From NCBI GenBank assembly GCA_021413445.1, contig JAIOQI010000043.1, forward strand, positions 10,594 through 74,593: 64,000 bases of DNA. The letters run 5' to 3'. Source of the stretch: Alphaproteobacteria bacterium. GTDB taxonomy: Bacteria; Pseudomonadota; Alphaproteobacteria; Micavibrionales; UBA2020. This document shows positions 56,001 to 64,000 of the stretch, one piece after another (positions within the stretch are counted from its first letter, which is position 1; each line of letters begins with the position of its first letter). Below the pieces are notes generated by a model. That model saw only the letters and a program-made list of their open reading frames with translations. It was not told the origin of the DNA and did no database searches. The position numbers were made by a program, and so were the translations under genes.

Positions 56001-56073
56001 TCAGGGAAAACCTGTGGCGCGTCAGGGGCTCGCGGAGAATACTCTCTATTTTCCTTCGGTCTTTATTGCTCAT
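53029..56073 (-). CDS. Large vWA (MIDAS) domain protein with acidic linker, CobT/CbbO-like architecture
   Basis: IVILIDGSGSM (DxSxS), SGTD, ISDGD; ~250-aa D/E/G/K/Q low-complexity region; REIGH motif in the N-terminal domain. Confidence 0.85.
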   Translation of the reverse strand: MSNKDRRKIESILREPLTRHRFSLNGKIRAAQAAENPQPFTLEDLKAFYAALPGNAQDFKQEVLNAVEAVENGLAPKTPQFDTPEKQLVWGAAFAYLKLNPDAQKTWKKPVAEPVSLSETELWKQVIGTKGAYQELLSHAHHIREALRDKDTKYSWGEPGTGFSFNRQKNIIDVDLMQTMIVGFEHARADVYREIGHALLSVSYPKRMQHLYSEMRPLMLKENKAAAKKGPKLTPEEYKKLQMLSTEWQLRRMMFMAAEENVANRFVANMGLQMLQDYSVSLNNTAVTQRAIGLTRLPADKNASEELRRYMNLCNAVQLNFFQNNGLFDNTDDGWFRVGVDPNMVRKTATLAGRPDAAKDDQDGVSHADFQHLRELCGGPKGLENLQPKQHERLYGWNNLMGRVARADQDRKAIIEEIWKLYAEDLIQKILTQANDQIDQQLKEAKEKQQEKGDEQDQDGDDGQEQDGDDGQEGDPSDGQGQGQGKGKGKGKGKGKPQRGQQQGDPQDADEIDEDGEPSDDQQGDPQKDGESKKGDKKDGKKGDKKDKGDKGDKAEDGEKQDGDKDGEKAEGAEGKLGADGEETVPVEGAGDMPKSKNASEVPADETDPGADGKDADGEGKDADGDDADADEDAKTMEELEKEAEDADEDGDDADADGEDADGEDADGKKKGKKNGKGKGKGKGAGHGDGRSLADLAKQDWKDYPRRIAELSEPIQQVRKVFKEIQKRQLQRKVVQSKSLDILPENGEVKDRFNMEAHRNLTIKKLAGGVEENDLKRFNKDENKMVPTEIDIVILIDGSGSMGSAMGSGPSPLQSALQSAAILYEAAAGKDMKMNVYVGMWGDSDPPILIKPGDDRITVGKAMEKMRGGLNSGTDFAPAVVKTAETIGEQRGKSGTLSGFTHVLIISDGDMFDVSEAKEKMHTMFEYSDKVTFDVAIITANRGTPMEKMANSMKSRKPSQEMGVVLGSDPNKVPMAIVGLLLDKIRKCGSFIAVPNTQKRRAMKKAHNKMDKKR

Positions 56074-56360
56074 CGAAAGACTTTCATAAAAACTTGATTG
56101 AGACTCAAGAACGGCGCTTTTGAACGAGCGCCAGCGTAACATTTCTGAAGAATAGGTAAAAGGGTAAAAATGAAATACAACGTAAAATTATGGACAATTT
56201 TTCGGCTGTAAACTTCAGCATATAAACATGCTTTGTATTTTTATTTCTCAGTTTTTTAATTATGGATAGTTATACATTTCCAGAATTCCCATCAATTCTG
56301 CAACGCAAAAGCGCCTGCCGGGCCGAAGAGATAGTTTGTGAAAAATTACCGAAGGGGCGA

Positions 56361-56804
56361 TCAGTCGCGCATATCGCGCTGCGTGCGTTCCTTGCGCTCG
56401 TGACGCTCCTGCGCCTCGAGACTTAAGGTGGCGATGGGGCGTGCTTCGAGGCGGGCGATGGAAATCGGCTCGCCGGTCTCTTCGCAATAGCCGTAGGTGC
56501 CTTCATCGATTTTTTCCAGCGCGCTGTTGATCTTGGAGATCAGCTTGCGTTCGCGGTCGCGGGTGCGCAGTTCCAGCGCATGGTCCGTTTCAGCGGAGGC
56601 GCGGTCGGCAATATCCGGCTTTTGCAGGTTTTCTTCCTGCAGTTCCTTGATGGTCTCGTTCGACTCGACCAGCAGCTCGGAGCGCCAGTGCAGCAGTTTC
56701 TGGCGGAAATATTCCACCATCACCGGATTCATAAACTTCTCTTTTTCCGAGGGTTTATAATCAGGCGGCAGAATGGTCGGTGATGTTTCCTGTCCTAAAT
56801 TCAT
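56361..56804 (-). CDS. dksA: RNA polymerase-binding transcription factor DksA
   Basis: PDIADRAS, RTRDRERKLI, YGYCEETGEPI..RLEARP. Confidence 0.96.
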   Translation of the reverse strand: MNLGQETSPTILPPDYKPSEKEKFMNPVMVEYFRQKLLHWRSELLVESNETIKELQEENLQKPDIADRASAETDHALELRTRDRERKLISKINSALEKIDEGTYGYCEETGEPISIARLEARPIATLSLEAQERHERKERTQRDMRD

Positions 56805-56963
56805 AGCTGCTTACCTAAGTTAATGTGCGAATGCGTGGATCATTGTAATGCCCGGAAAACAAATGCACAACCCAGTACATTATCCAAACAGCGCTAAAAC
56901 TCCAGAGAAAAGGCGTTATTTTACCTAATGCGCAGCCGTTTCAGCCTCCGCCAAAAATCCGCT

Positions 56964-57779
56964 TTACTTCTTTTTGGCCCCCGTCTTCTCCAGGAGCCGT
57001 TCGACGTCCGCCTTGATGTCATTCAGCACCTGCATCTGCGCCTCGTGAATGCGGGACCTTTCATTTTTCGGATTCGTGTCATGCACGATGTTCAAGGCAT
57101 CCACGATGATGCCAATAAAAAGATTCAGCACGGCGAAACTTGTAATAATAATGAACGCGGCAAAAAACAGCATGGCATTGGGAAAATGCACCATCGTCAC
57201 GGCGGCGATGCCTGTGACCCAGTTATCCATCGTCATCAGCTGAAACAGGGTAGACATGGAATTTCCGATCGTGCCGTAAAGTTCGTACATTTTCGGATCA
57301 TCAACAACCCCGAAAATCTGCGTGGTCATGACCGACGACACGTAAAATACCAGAAACAGGATGGACAACACCGACGCCATGCCGGGAATGGAGATCAACA
57401 AGGCGGACACGACTTTGCGCAGCGTCGGCACCGTGGAGATCAGGCGGAAGACCCGCAGTATCCGCAGGGTGCGGAGCATGGAGAACGGCCCCACGTGCGG
57501 AATCAATGAAATGCCGACGATGACGAAATCAAAAACATTCCAGCCGCTGCGGAAGAAGGGCCCGCGCAGGACATAGATGCGCAGCGCCAATTCAACGACG
57601 AAGATCCACAACACGGCGCGATCGATCGTGTGCATCAAGCCGGCATGGGACGCCATCAGGGCCCTGTCCGTTTCCAGTCCCAGGGTGACGGCGTTGAATA
57701 AAATCAGGGCTATGACCGCGTTGGTGAAGTATTTATTGTTAACAATCACGGCAAGTCTGGCGCGGCAATCGGTCATCAT
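56964..57779 (-). CDS. Voltage-gated ion channel, BacNav/NaChBac family
   Basis: FVVELALR, WNVFDF, S4 LRTLRILRVFRL, pore TLFQLMTMDNW, S6 LNLFIGIIVDA. Confidence 0.9.
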   Translation of the reverse strand: MMTDCRARLAVIVNNKYFTNAVIALILFNAVTLGLETDRALMASHAGLMHTIDRAVLWIFVVELALRIYVLRGPFFRSGWNVFDFVIVGISLIPHVGPFSMLRTLRILRVFRLISTVPTLRKVVSALLISIPGMASVLSILFLVFYVSSVMTTQIFGVVDDPKMYELYGTIGNSMSTLFQLMTMDNWVTGIAAVTMVHFPNAMLFFAAFIIITSFAVLNLFIGIIVDALNIVHDTNPKNERSRIHEAQMQVLNDIKADVERLLEKTGAKKK

Positions 57780-57838
57780 GGTCTCCAAAGAATCGAGCTG
57801 TATTTCATTCTGAGCGCGGATTTAAGGGCAGTATAGGG

Positions 57839-58267
57839 CTATCGCCCCAGTTTTGCGAGTTCGACCTGCGCCCGCAGGTCGATCTCATCGAGAATTTCGG
57901 CCAGCCCGGGATCGACCGCCTTTTCCCGGTGGGAGGCAATGATCTGCGCCAATTGCTGAAGGGTGCTTTGCGGCAGCTCGCCGGAGAGCAGGCCGGCCCT
58001 GATTTTATCCAGCTGATCCAGCAGGTCGGTGGCGCGTTTTTTGGCCTTTTTGGCCGCCTCCTCCGAGAGGGCGCTGTCCGCGCCCTGCAGCGCCAGCAGC
58101 GCATCCAGAACCCCCACCGACGCCGTGCGGGCCACCGGAACGGAACTATCCGCCCCTCCGGTTTCATCCAGCAGGGCGCCGAACGCGCCGTCGGCACCGT
58201 CCTTTTTTGCGCCGGTTTTAGAAGCGCCCTTGACGCCGGAGGGTTTGTGGGGACCTTCAACTTTCAT
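57839..58267 (-). CDS. fliX: Flagellar regulator FliX
   Basis: LDALLALQ, LLDQLDKIRAGLL, LDEIDLRAQVELAK; divergent from flgI. Confidence 0.9.
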   Translation of the reverse strand: MKVEGPHKPSGVKGASKTGAKKDGADGAFGALLDETGGADSSVPVARTASVGVLDALLALQGADSALSEEAAKKAKKRATDLLDQLDKIRAGLLSGELPQSTLQQLAQIIASHREKAVDPGLAEILDEIDLRAQVELAKLGR

Positions 58268-58301
58268 ACATACATATAAACATCATTAACGCGCCAAACA
58301 A

Positions 58302-58318
58302 CCGGCAATATTTGCCCG
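58302..58318. promoter_or_regulatory. ftr-like (FlbD) enhancer
   Basis: CCGGCAATATTTGCCCG about 70 bp upstream of a sigma54 promoter. Confidence 0.6.
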
Positions 58319-58388
58319 ATCTGCCCCAAATGGCCTGCCTTAACTTGCAGATCATATTTTAACATATTGATAAATATTGGCTTTTTTG

Positions 58389-58404
58389 TGGCACGGTTCT
58401 CGCA
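58389..58404 (+). promoter_or_regulatory. sigma54 promoter of flgI
   Basis: TGGCAC-GGTTC-TCGCA. Confidence 0.75.
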
Positions 58405-58444
58405 TCTCTTATGGGGATACGTAACCCTGGAGACGGGAGTAACC

Positions 58445-59593
58445 ATGAAAACGATTTTAAAGAAACTGCCGAAAGCCTTCCTGATGGCCGTTATCGCCAC
58501 AGGCCTGGCCGCCGCCACTTTCATTGCCTCGGCGCAGGCCGACGGCACGGCGCGCATCAAGGATATTGTCGATATCGAAGGCGTCCGCGATAACATGCTG
58601 GTCGGCTACGGCCTCGTCGTCGGCCTGAACGGCACGGGCGACACGCTCAACGGCTCGCCCTTCACCGAACAAAGCATCATCGGCATGCTGGAGCGTCTGG
58701 GCGTCAACATCCGCGACGAATCCATGAAGACCAAGAATATCGCGGCGGTGATGGTCACCGCCACCCTGCCCCCTTTCACCAATCAGGGCTCCCGCATTGA
58801 TGTCACCATATCGACCCTCGGCGATGCCAAGAGCCTGCAGGGCGGCACCCTGCTGGTCACGCCGCTGCTCGGCGCCGACAGCCAGGTGTATTCCGTCGCG
58901 CAGGGCTCAGTCTCCGTTGCCGGCTTCAGCGCCGGCGGCGAGGCGGGTGGCGGCGTCACGCAGGGCACGCCCACTGCCGGGCGCATTTCCTCCGGCGCGA
59001 TTGTCGAGCGCGAGATTCCTTTTGAACTGGCCGCCATGACCTCGACGCGCCTGGCCCTGCGCAACCCGGACTTCACCACGGCGCGGCGCATCGCGGCCGC
59101 CATCAACGACCACCTGAAAATCCAGGCCGCTTCTGCCGAAAACCCGGCCTCCGTCTCCATCAACCTGCCCGACGGATACCAGACGAACATGGTCAACCTG
59201 CTCACGGACATCGAGCAGCTGAAAGTGCATCCCGACCAGATCGCCCGCGTCGTGATTGACGAGCGCTCCGGCGTCATCGTGATGGGCGACGACGTGCGCA
59301 TCTCGACCGTGGCGCTCGCCCAGGGCAACCTGACGATCCGCGTCACCGAAACGCCGCAGGTTTCGCAGCCGGAAGCCTTCTCGCAAGGCGGCACCACCGT
59401 GGTCGTTCCGCGCAGCGATGTCCAGGTCGATGCCGACAGCAACAGGAAAATCGCCATGCTCCCCGAGGGCGTCAGCCTGCAGGCGCTGGTTTCGAGCCTC
59501 AATGCGCTGGGCGTCGGGCCGCGCGACATCATCACCATCCTGCAGTCCATCAAGGCTTCCGGCGCGCTGCAGGCCGATATAAAGGTGATGTAA
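58445..59593 (+). CDS. flgI: Flagellar P-ring protein
   Basis: RIKDI, GVRDNMLVGYGLVVGLNGTGD, GDAKSLQGGTL, GALQA. Confidence 0.97.
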   Translation: MKTILKKLPKAFLMAVIATGLAAATFIASAQADGTARIKDIVDIEGVRDNMLVGYGLVVGLNGTGDTLNGSPFTEQSIIGMLERLGVNIRDESMKTKNIAAVMVTATLPPFTNQGSRIDVTISTLGDAKSLQGGTLLVTPLLGADSQVYSVAQGSVSVAGFSAGGEAGGGVTQGTPTAGRISSGAIVEREIPFELAAMTSTRLALRNPDFTTARRIAAAINDHLKIQAASAENPASVSINLPDGYQTNMVNLLTDIEQLKVHPDQIARVVIDERSGVIVMGDDVRISTVALAQGNLTIRVTETPQVSQPEAFSQGGTTVVVPRSDVQVDADSNRKIAMLPEGVSLQALVSSLNALGVGPRDIITILQSIKASGALQADIKVM

Positions 59594-59594
59594 C

Positions 59595-59900
59595 ATGATC
59601 GGCGTTCCTGTCATTCCCCCCTCATCTTCCAATCCGGCGACAGCGGGAGGCGCTGGCCCGCAGCAGGTCGATGACCAAACAAAAGCGGCGGCCAAGGATT
59701 TTGAGGCCGTCTTCCTTTCGCAAATGATGTCGCACATGTTCGACGAAGTCGAAACCGACACGGCTTTCGGCGGCGGCCAGGGCGAAGAGATGTTCCGCGG
59801 CATGCTGGTCCAGGAATACGGCAAGATGATGGCCAAAGGAAACGGTATCGGCATCTCCAGTCAGCTGCAAAAAATGCTGATCCAGATGCAGCAACGATAA
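59595..59900 (+). CDS. flgJ: Rod-binding protein (single-domain FlgJ)
   Basis: AAKDFEAVFLSQM, GGGQGEEMFRGML. Confidence 0.85.
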   Translation: MIGVPVIPPSSSNPATAGGAGPQQVDDQTKAAAKDFEAVFLSQMMSHMFDEVETDTAFGGGQGEEMFRGMLVQEYGKMMAKGNGIGISSQLQKMLIQMQQR

Positions 59901-59902
59901 GG

Positions 59903-60394
59903 GTGGACGCCGTGCAGAAAGACCCCGTAAAAAGCGTGACCAAAGGGACTGACAAACTTCCCCTGACTTCCCAATTACAGGAGGTCAGGAATATCATCGC
60001 CGGTTTCTCGGCCTTGCTGCTCAAGGAAACCGAAGCCCTGAAAAAAGCCGATTTCAAGACCGTGGACACCCTGCAGGCCGGCAAGAAAATCTTTGCCCGG
60101 CAGTACCACGACAAGGTCAAGGAGCTTTCCATCCGCAAAGAAGACTTCCGGGGGCTTGATCCCGCCCTTCGCGAGAGGCTGCTCGAGGAGCGGAACCGCT
60201 TCACCACCATCTTAAGCGATAACGCCTATGCCCTTGAACGGGCGCAGAACAGCGTCAAGCGCCTGGTGAACAATATCCTGGATGCCGCCCGCCGCAACGT
60301 GCTGGAAAACCAGCAGACCAATTATTCCCGCGCGGGAAAAGCGATGTCCTGTAAATCTTCATCCCTGTCGCTGGCGACAGACCAAAGTTTGTAA
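59903..60394 (+). CDS. FlgN-like flagellar chaperone
   Basis: Helical protein (LLKETEALK...K..F) after flgJ. Confidence 0.6.
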   Translation: MDAVQKDPVKSVTKGTDKLPLTSQLQEVRNIIAGFSALLLKETEALKKADFKTVDTLQAGKKIFARQYHDKVKELSIRKEDFRGLDPALRERLLEERNRFTTILSDNAYALERAQNSVKRLVNNILDAARRNVLENQQTNYSRAGKAMSCKSSSLSLATDQSL

Positions 60395-60398
60395 CGAT

Positions 60399-60414
60399 TG
60401 GCACGATCTATGCA
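60399..60414 (+). promoter_or_regulatory. sigma54 promoter of fliK
   Basis: TGGCAC-GATCT-ATGCA. Confidence 0.7.
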
Positions 60415-60450
60415 GAGCTGGCCACATAAACCCATTTCAGAGGCGCCGCG

Positions 60451-62106
60451 GTGAATGACTTGGCCAACATAGTGTCCCTGAACAGAGCAGGGATCCCCCC
60501 TCTCCCGCAGGCTCCGGCAGAAAGCGTCCGGGAGCCGCAGGATGCGTCCGGTTTCGGCCTCCCGCCGGCAGACCTTAAAAACCTGACGGCAGAAATTGCC
60601 GCCCTGCTGCAAAAAGACGGAAATCCGCCGGAGACGCCGCCAGCCGCGTCCCTGGAAGACCTGATGGCAAAAATTGCCGCCCTGTTGCAGAAGACAGGGG
60701 CGCCCCCCGGCGACAGCAAGATCAGGCCGGCGCTCATCAGCGACCTGGTGGGGAAACTCTCCCTGCAGATTCAGGATCAGGCCCCCGTGGCGGACAATGA
60801 TCTTTACCAGGCGATCGCCGGTCTCCTGCAAAAAGACGGGACGGCCCCGGCGCCGGAACTGACGACGTTGCTGGACAAAATCCAGTCCGGAAGCGGCGAT
60901 ATGGGGGATATTGCAAAAGTCCTGGCCCGGCTTCAGTCTCAAGCACAAAATCAAACCCTGGCGCAAAACATCGCCGCTGCGCCCGATCCCGCCGTTCTGC
61001 AGCTTTTGAAAGACGCGGCAGCCCGGCTGCAGGCGTCCGGGGACGAAACAGGCAATGACGCCCTTGCCAAATTCAAAACCGAACTTGGCAAAACCCTGAA
61101 AGACCAGGGGTTGGACCAGCCTGCCGTCGAAGTCTATCTGGCGGCGCTCGCCGGGTTCGTGAAGCATATTCCCCCTGCTGAATTATCAGGCCAGCCGGAT
61201 GCCGTCGCTGTCATGGAACAGCCGCTCATTCCACCGGCCGCCGCCGCCACCGCACCTGCGGGGGAAGTTTCCTCCCGGCCAATGGCGCCCCCGCAAATAC
61301 CGGCGCCGTCCGATATCGCGGGGAATGCCGGCCCTGCGAAAGAAACACCCCGGCCTGACGCACCGCAGAGCACCGCCGGCCCTTCCCTGCCCCAAAAGGA
61401 TGAACAGGCGCCGCGCCTGAAATCAGCCACCGCCGAAGCGCCGCCGCCCGCTCCCCCGCAAAGCGCGAACGCCAGGACCGCCGCCGTTCACCTCGCCACG
61501 AACATGGTGAATATGCTGGCCAATAGCGATGGCGGCCTTGACTTCGACGGTTTCGGCGCAGGAAGCGACGGCCAATCCCGGAATATGACGGACAGCGCCG
61601 TCTTCCTGAAGCCCGCCGATGTCCTGACCGCCCAAAGCTTTACCAATTACCTGGCCGCCGCCCGCAACCTGCCGGGGGCCGTGACGCAGATGATCGGCAT
61701 CCAGCTGCAGCGCAATATCAGCGCCAAAATCAGCACGATGACCCTGCAACTGGAGCCGGCCGACCTGGGGCGCCTGGATATCAAGCTGAAGTTCGACAAG
61801 GAAGGCGGCGTCAAGGCGCACCTCAGCGTCGAAAAGCCGGAAACCCTGGCGCTGCTGCAAAGGGATTCGCATCATCTTGAAAAGATTTTGCAGCAAACCG
61901 GGCTCGACTTTGACGAAAATGCGCTCAGCTTCGACCTGCGCCAGCAAAACCAGCGGCAGAATCTGGAAGGCTTCAGCGGCAGCGACAAAGGCAATGCGGA
62001 TGAATTTTCCGCCCACATCAACGGCACTGAAAAAACACTGCAGGCAAAAATTGCCGTGCAGGCCAACGGCTACATCACGCAAAACGGCGTGAACATCATG
62101 GTTTAA
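60451..62106 (+). CDS. fliK: Flagellar hook-length control protein
   Basis: Pro/Ala-rich body, LQLEPADLGRLDI, VEKPETLALLQRD; upstream of flgD. Confidence 0.9.
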   Translation: MNDLANIVSLNRAGIPPLPQAPAESVREPQDASGFGLPPADLKNLTAEIAALLQKDGNPPETPPAASLEDLMAKIAALLQKTGAPPGDSKIRPALISDLVGKLSLQIQDQAPVADNDLYQAIAGLLQKDGTAPAPELTTLLDKIQSGSGDMGDIAKVLARLQSQAQNQTLAQNIAAAPDPAVLQLLKDAAARLQASGDETGNDALAKFKTELGKTLKDQGLDQPAVEVYLAALAGFVKHIPPAELSGQPDAVAVMEQPLIPPAAAATAPAGEVSSRPMAPPQIPAPSDIAGNAGPAKETPRPDAPQSTAGPSLPQKDEQAPRLKSATAEAPPPAPPQSANARTAAVHLATNMVNMLANSDGGLDFDGFGAGSDGQSRNMTDSAVFLKPADVLTAQSFTNYLAAARNLPGAVTQMIGIQLQRNISAKISTMTLQLEPADLGRLDIKLKFDKEGGVKAHLSVEKPETLALLQRDSHHLEKILQQTGLDFDENALSFDLRQQNQRQNLEGFSGSDKGNADEFSAHINGTEKTLQAKIAVQANGYITQNGVNIMV

Positions 62107-62116
62107 GGAGATAAAA

Positions 62117-62809
62117 ATGACCATCAGCGTATCAGCAACCCCGGCCACGACCTATCCCGCCTCTGCCGCACCGCCGGCCGCCGCGACGGGGACGGTATCG
62201 GACGGGAAGCAGCTCAACCAGAATTTCGACCAGTTCCTGCTGCTGCTCACCGCCCAGCTCAAGAACCAGGACCCGCTCTCGCCGATGGATTCCACGCAGT
62301 TCACCAACCAGCTGGTCAGCTTCTCCGGCGTCGAGCAGCAAATCAAGATGAACAGCCGCCTGGAAAAACTTCTGGCCCTGTCGGCCGCCAGCCAGACCAC
62401 GCTGGGGCTCAGCTATATCGGCCTCAATGTGGATATGCAGGGCAGCGACTTCAAGTACTACGGCGCCGGCGACGCCAAAATGTCCTACAATCTTCCTGCC
62501 GACGCCGCCATCAACACGGTCAGCATCATCGACCAGGACGGCCATACGGTCTATTCGCAAGGCGGCGTGCTGGCCGGCGGGGCGCATGAATTTACCTGGA
62601 ACGGGAAAGACCAGGAAGGCAATCCGGTTCCCGCCGGAACCTATCATTTCCGCGTCGATGCGCTCGACACGCAGCAAAAAAACATGACGGTGACGACGGT
62701 GGTTCCGGGCCTCGTCGAGGGCATCCAGACGGCCGATGACGGCAGCATCATGCTGATCGTCAACGACCAGGAAGTCCCGATGTCGGATATCCGCAAGGCA
62801 ACCCTGTAA
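62117..62809 (+). CDS. flgD: Flagellar hook-capping protein
   Basis: FLLLLTAQLKNQDPLSPMD, FTWNGKD..G..VPAGTY. Confidence 0.95.
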   Translation: MTISVSATPATTYPASAAPPAAATGTVSDGKQLNQNFDQFLLLLTAQLKNQDPLSPMDSTQFTNQLVSFSGVEQQIKMNSRLEKLLALSAASQTTLGLSYIGLNVDMQGSDFKYYGAGDAKMSYNLPADAAINTVSIIDQDGHTVYSQGGVLAGGAHEFTWNGKDQEGNPVPAGTYHFRVDALDTQQKNMTVTTVVPGLVEGIQTADDGSIMLIVNDQEVPMSDIRKATL

Positions 62810-62824
62810 GGCCGTGAACCCAAC

Positions 62825-62840
62825 TGGCATGAGTATTGCA
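62825..62840 (+). promoter_or_regulatory. sigma54 promoter of flgE
   Basis: TGGCAT-GAGTA-TTGCA. Confidence 0.75.
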
Positions 62841-62887
62841 ACAAACATTCCGAGTTTTAATTTCAACCTTAAAGAAGGAGACTAAGT

Positions 62888-64000
62888 ATGAGCGTTTTCG
62901 GTTCCCTGTTCACGGCGGTTTCGGGCCTTGCATCGCAGAGCGATTCCATCAGCATGATCTCGAACAACATCGCCAACGTCAGCACCATCGGCTATAAAAG
63001 AACCGATGCCGCCTTCTCAAGCCTGGTGACCAGCTCCGGCCGCTCCACCGCCTACAGCTCCGGCTCCGTGCGCTCGGTGCAGAACGCGCGTATCGACCAG
63101 CAGGGCATTTTGCAGCAAAGCACGTCCAGCACCGACATCGCCCTCTCCGGCAACGGTTTCTTCATTGTCAAATCATCGGCGACCGACCCGCTCTCGGAAC
63201 CCCTTTATACCCGCGCCGGCTCCTTCTCCGAGGATTCCAGCGGCGTCCTGAGAAATGCCTCAGGGTTCTTCCTGCAAGGCTGGCCGGTTGACCAGAACGG
63301 AAACCTGCCCGCCTCCCAGGCCGATATTTCCTCGCTTTCCCCGGTCGATGTCGCCTTCGTCGGCGGGTTGACCCTGCCCACGACCACCGCCGCTCTGGCG
63401 ATGAACCTGAAATCAAGCGAAACGCAGTCTGCCTATCCCATCGCGGACGGTTTTACGGCGGACTTCTCCCGCAGCATCAAGGTGTATGACTCGCTCGGCG
63501 CCGGTCATGACCTGACCGTGAACTTCAAGAAGATGACCAGCCCCACTGCAACGGTAACCGGCACTTTCGACATCGGTTCCATTGTCGGGCCGTTGTCAAA
63601 CACGGCGCCCTTCACCGGCCTGGAAACCTTCGACATCACCATCGGGGCCGTCGGGCCGACGACCATCACCCTCGACGGGGGCGTTGCCAAACTGCTGGCT
63701 GACATTAACGCCATCGTCGATCCCCTGACCCTCAAGCCCCTGGCCTATGCCCAGATCGACGCCAACGGCTTTCTTTCAATCAAGACCAGGGAGACCGGCT
63801 CAAACATCACGCTGGCCGACGGCGTGGGAACCCCCCTTGCAACCGCCAACAAGCTCGGCCTCCTCGCCAACATCGGGGTCACGGCGGCGCCGACAGCCCC
63901 CACGCTCCTGACCCCGCTGAGCACAAACGACACCATCAGCACCGAAGGGTGGTGGACGGTCGATTTCAGGACTCCGTCAGGCGCCATCATCAAAACGGGC
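62888..64000 (+). CDS. flgE: Flagellar hook protein (partial, runs off the window)
   Basis: AAGGAG RBS; MSVFGSLFTAVSGL...SNNIANVSTIGYK, DIALSGNGFF, YTRAGSF. Confidence 0.93.
   Translation, partial: MSVFGSLFTAVSGLASQSDSISMISNNIANVSTIGYKRTDAAFSSLVTSSGRSTAYSSGSVRSVQNARIDQQGILQQSTSSTDIALSGNGFFIVKSSATDPLSEPLYTRAGSFSEDSSGVLRNASGFFLQGWPVDQNGNLPASQADISSLSPVDVAFVGGLTLPTTTAALAMNLKSSETQSAYPIADGFTADFSRSIKVYDSLGAGHDLTVNFKKMTSPTATVTGTFDIGSIVGPLSNTAPFTGLETFDITIGAVGPTTITLDGGVAKLLADINAIVDPLTLKPLAYAQIDANGFLSIKTRETGSNITLADGVGTPLATANKLGLLANIGVTAAPTAPTLLTPLSTNDTISTEGWWTVDFRTPSGAIIKTG

Noticed and set aside
50387-56073. Calling the AAA/vWA pair cobS/cobT
   Set aside because: Both proteins are far larger than CobS (~330 aa) and CobT (~620 aa), no cobalamin genes are nearby and the gene order differs.

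Overview
A 64 kb chromosomal segment from a GC-rich, flagellated alphaproteobacterium. Gene content and the style of the orphan proteins suggest a Micavibrio-like lineage; this is inference. The housekeeping backbone comprises ffh-rpsP-rimM-rnd, ppx, sixA, priA, fsa/tal-DUF484-xerC, xth, ybaB-dnaX-SRP RNA, mnmH, dusB, cspA, zapA-6S RNA-fthC-ymdB, dksA, a flagellar cluster (fliX, flgI-flgJ-flgN, fliK-flgD-flgE) with sigma54 promoters, and four tRNAs (Thr-CGT, Lys-CTT, Arg-TCT, Pro-TGG). Five things stand out in the accessory DNA. (1) A tightly coupled five-gene operon (48125-56073) encodes a large vWA/MIDAS protein with a long acidic linker, a MoxR/midasin-type AAA+ ATPase, a degenerate ankyrin-like repeat protein and two small orphans. 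(2) A divergent four-gene module (19626-23535) encodes DUF6502-like and DUF5666-like proteins, an outer-membrane barrel and a secreted acidic protein; two of them share a P-E-[VI]-E-T repeat tail, and two related palindromes lie between the arms. (3) Many orphan, effector-like proteins (ankyrin, kinase-like, pseudo-HD, ceramidase-like) share short Lys/Pro C-terminal tails. (4) A BacNav-type channel has an unusual TMDNW filter. (5) A two-partner secretion pair and an AT-rich islet at tRNA-Lys are present. No CRISPR array, transposase or prophage was seen. All family calls come from motif recognition by eye, not database searches.
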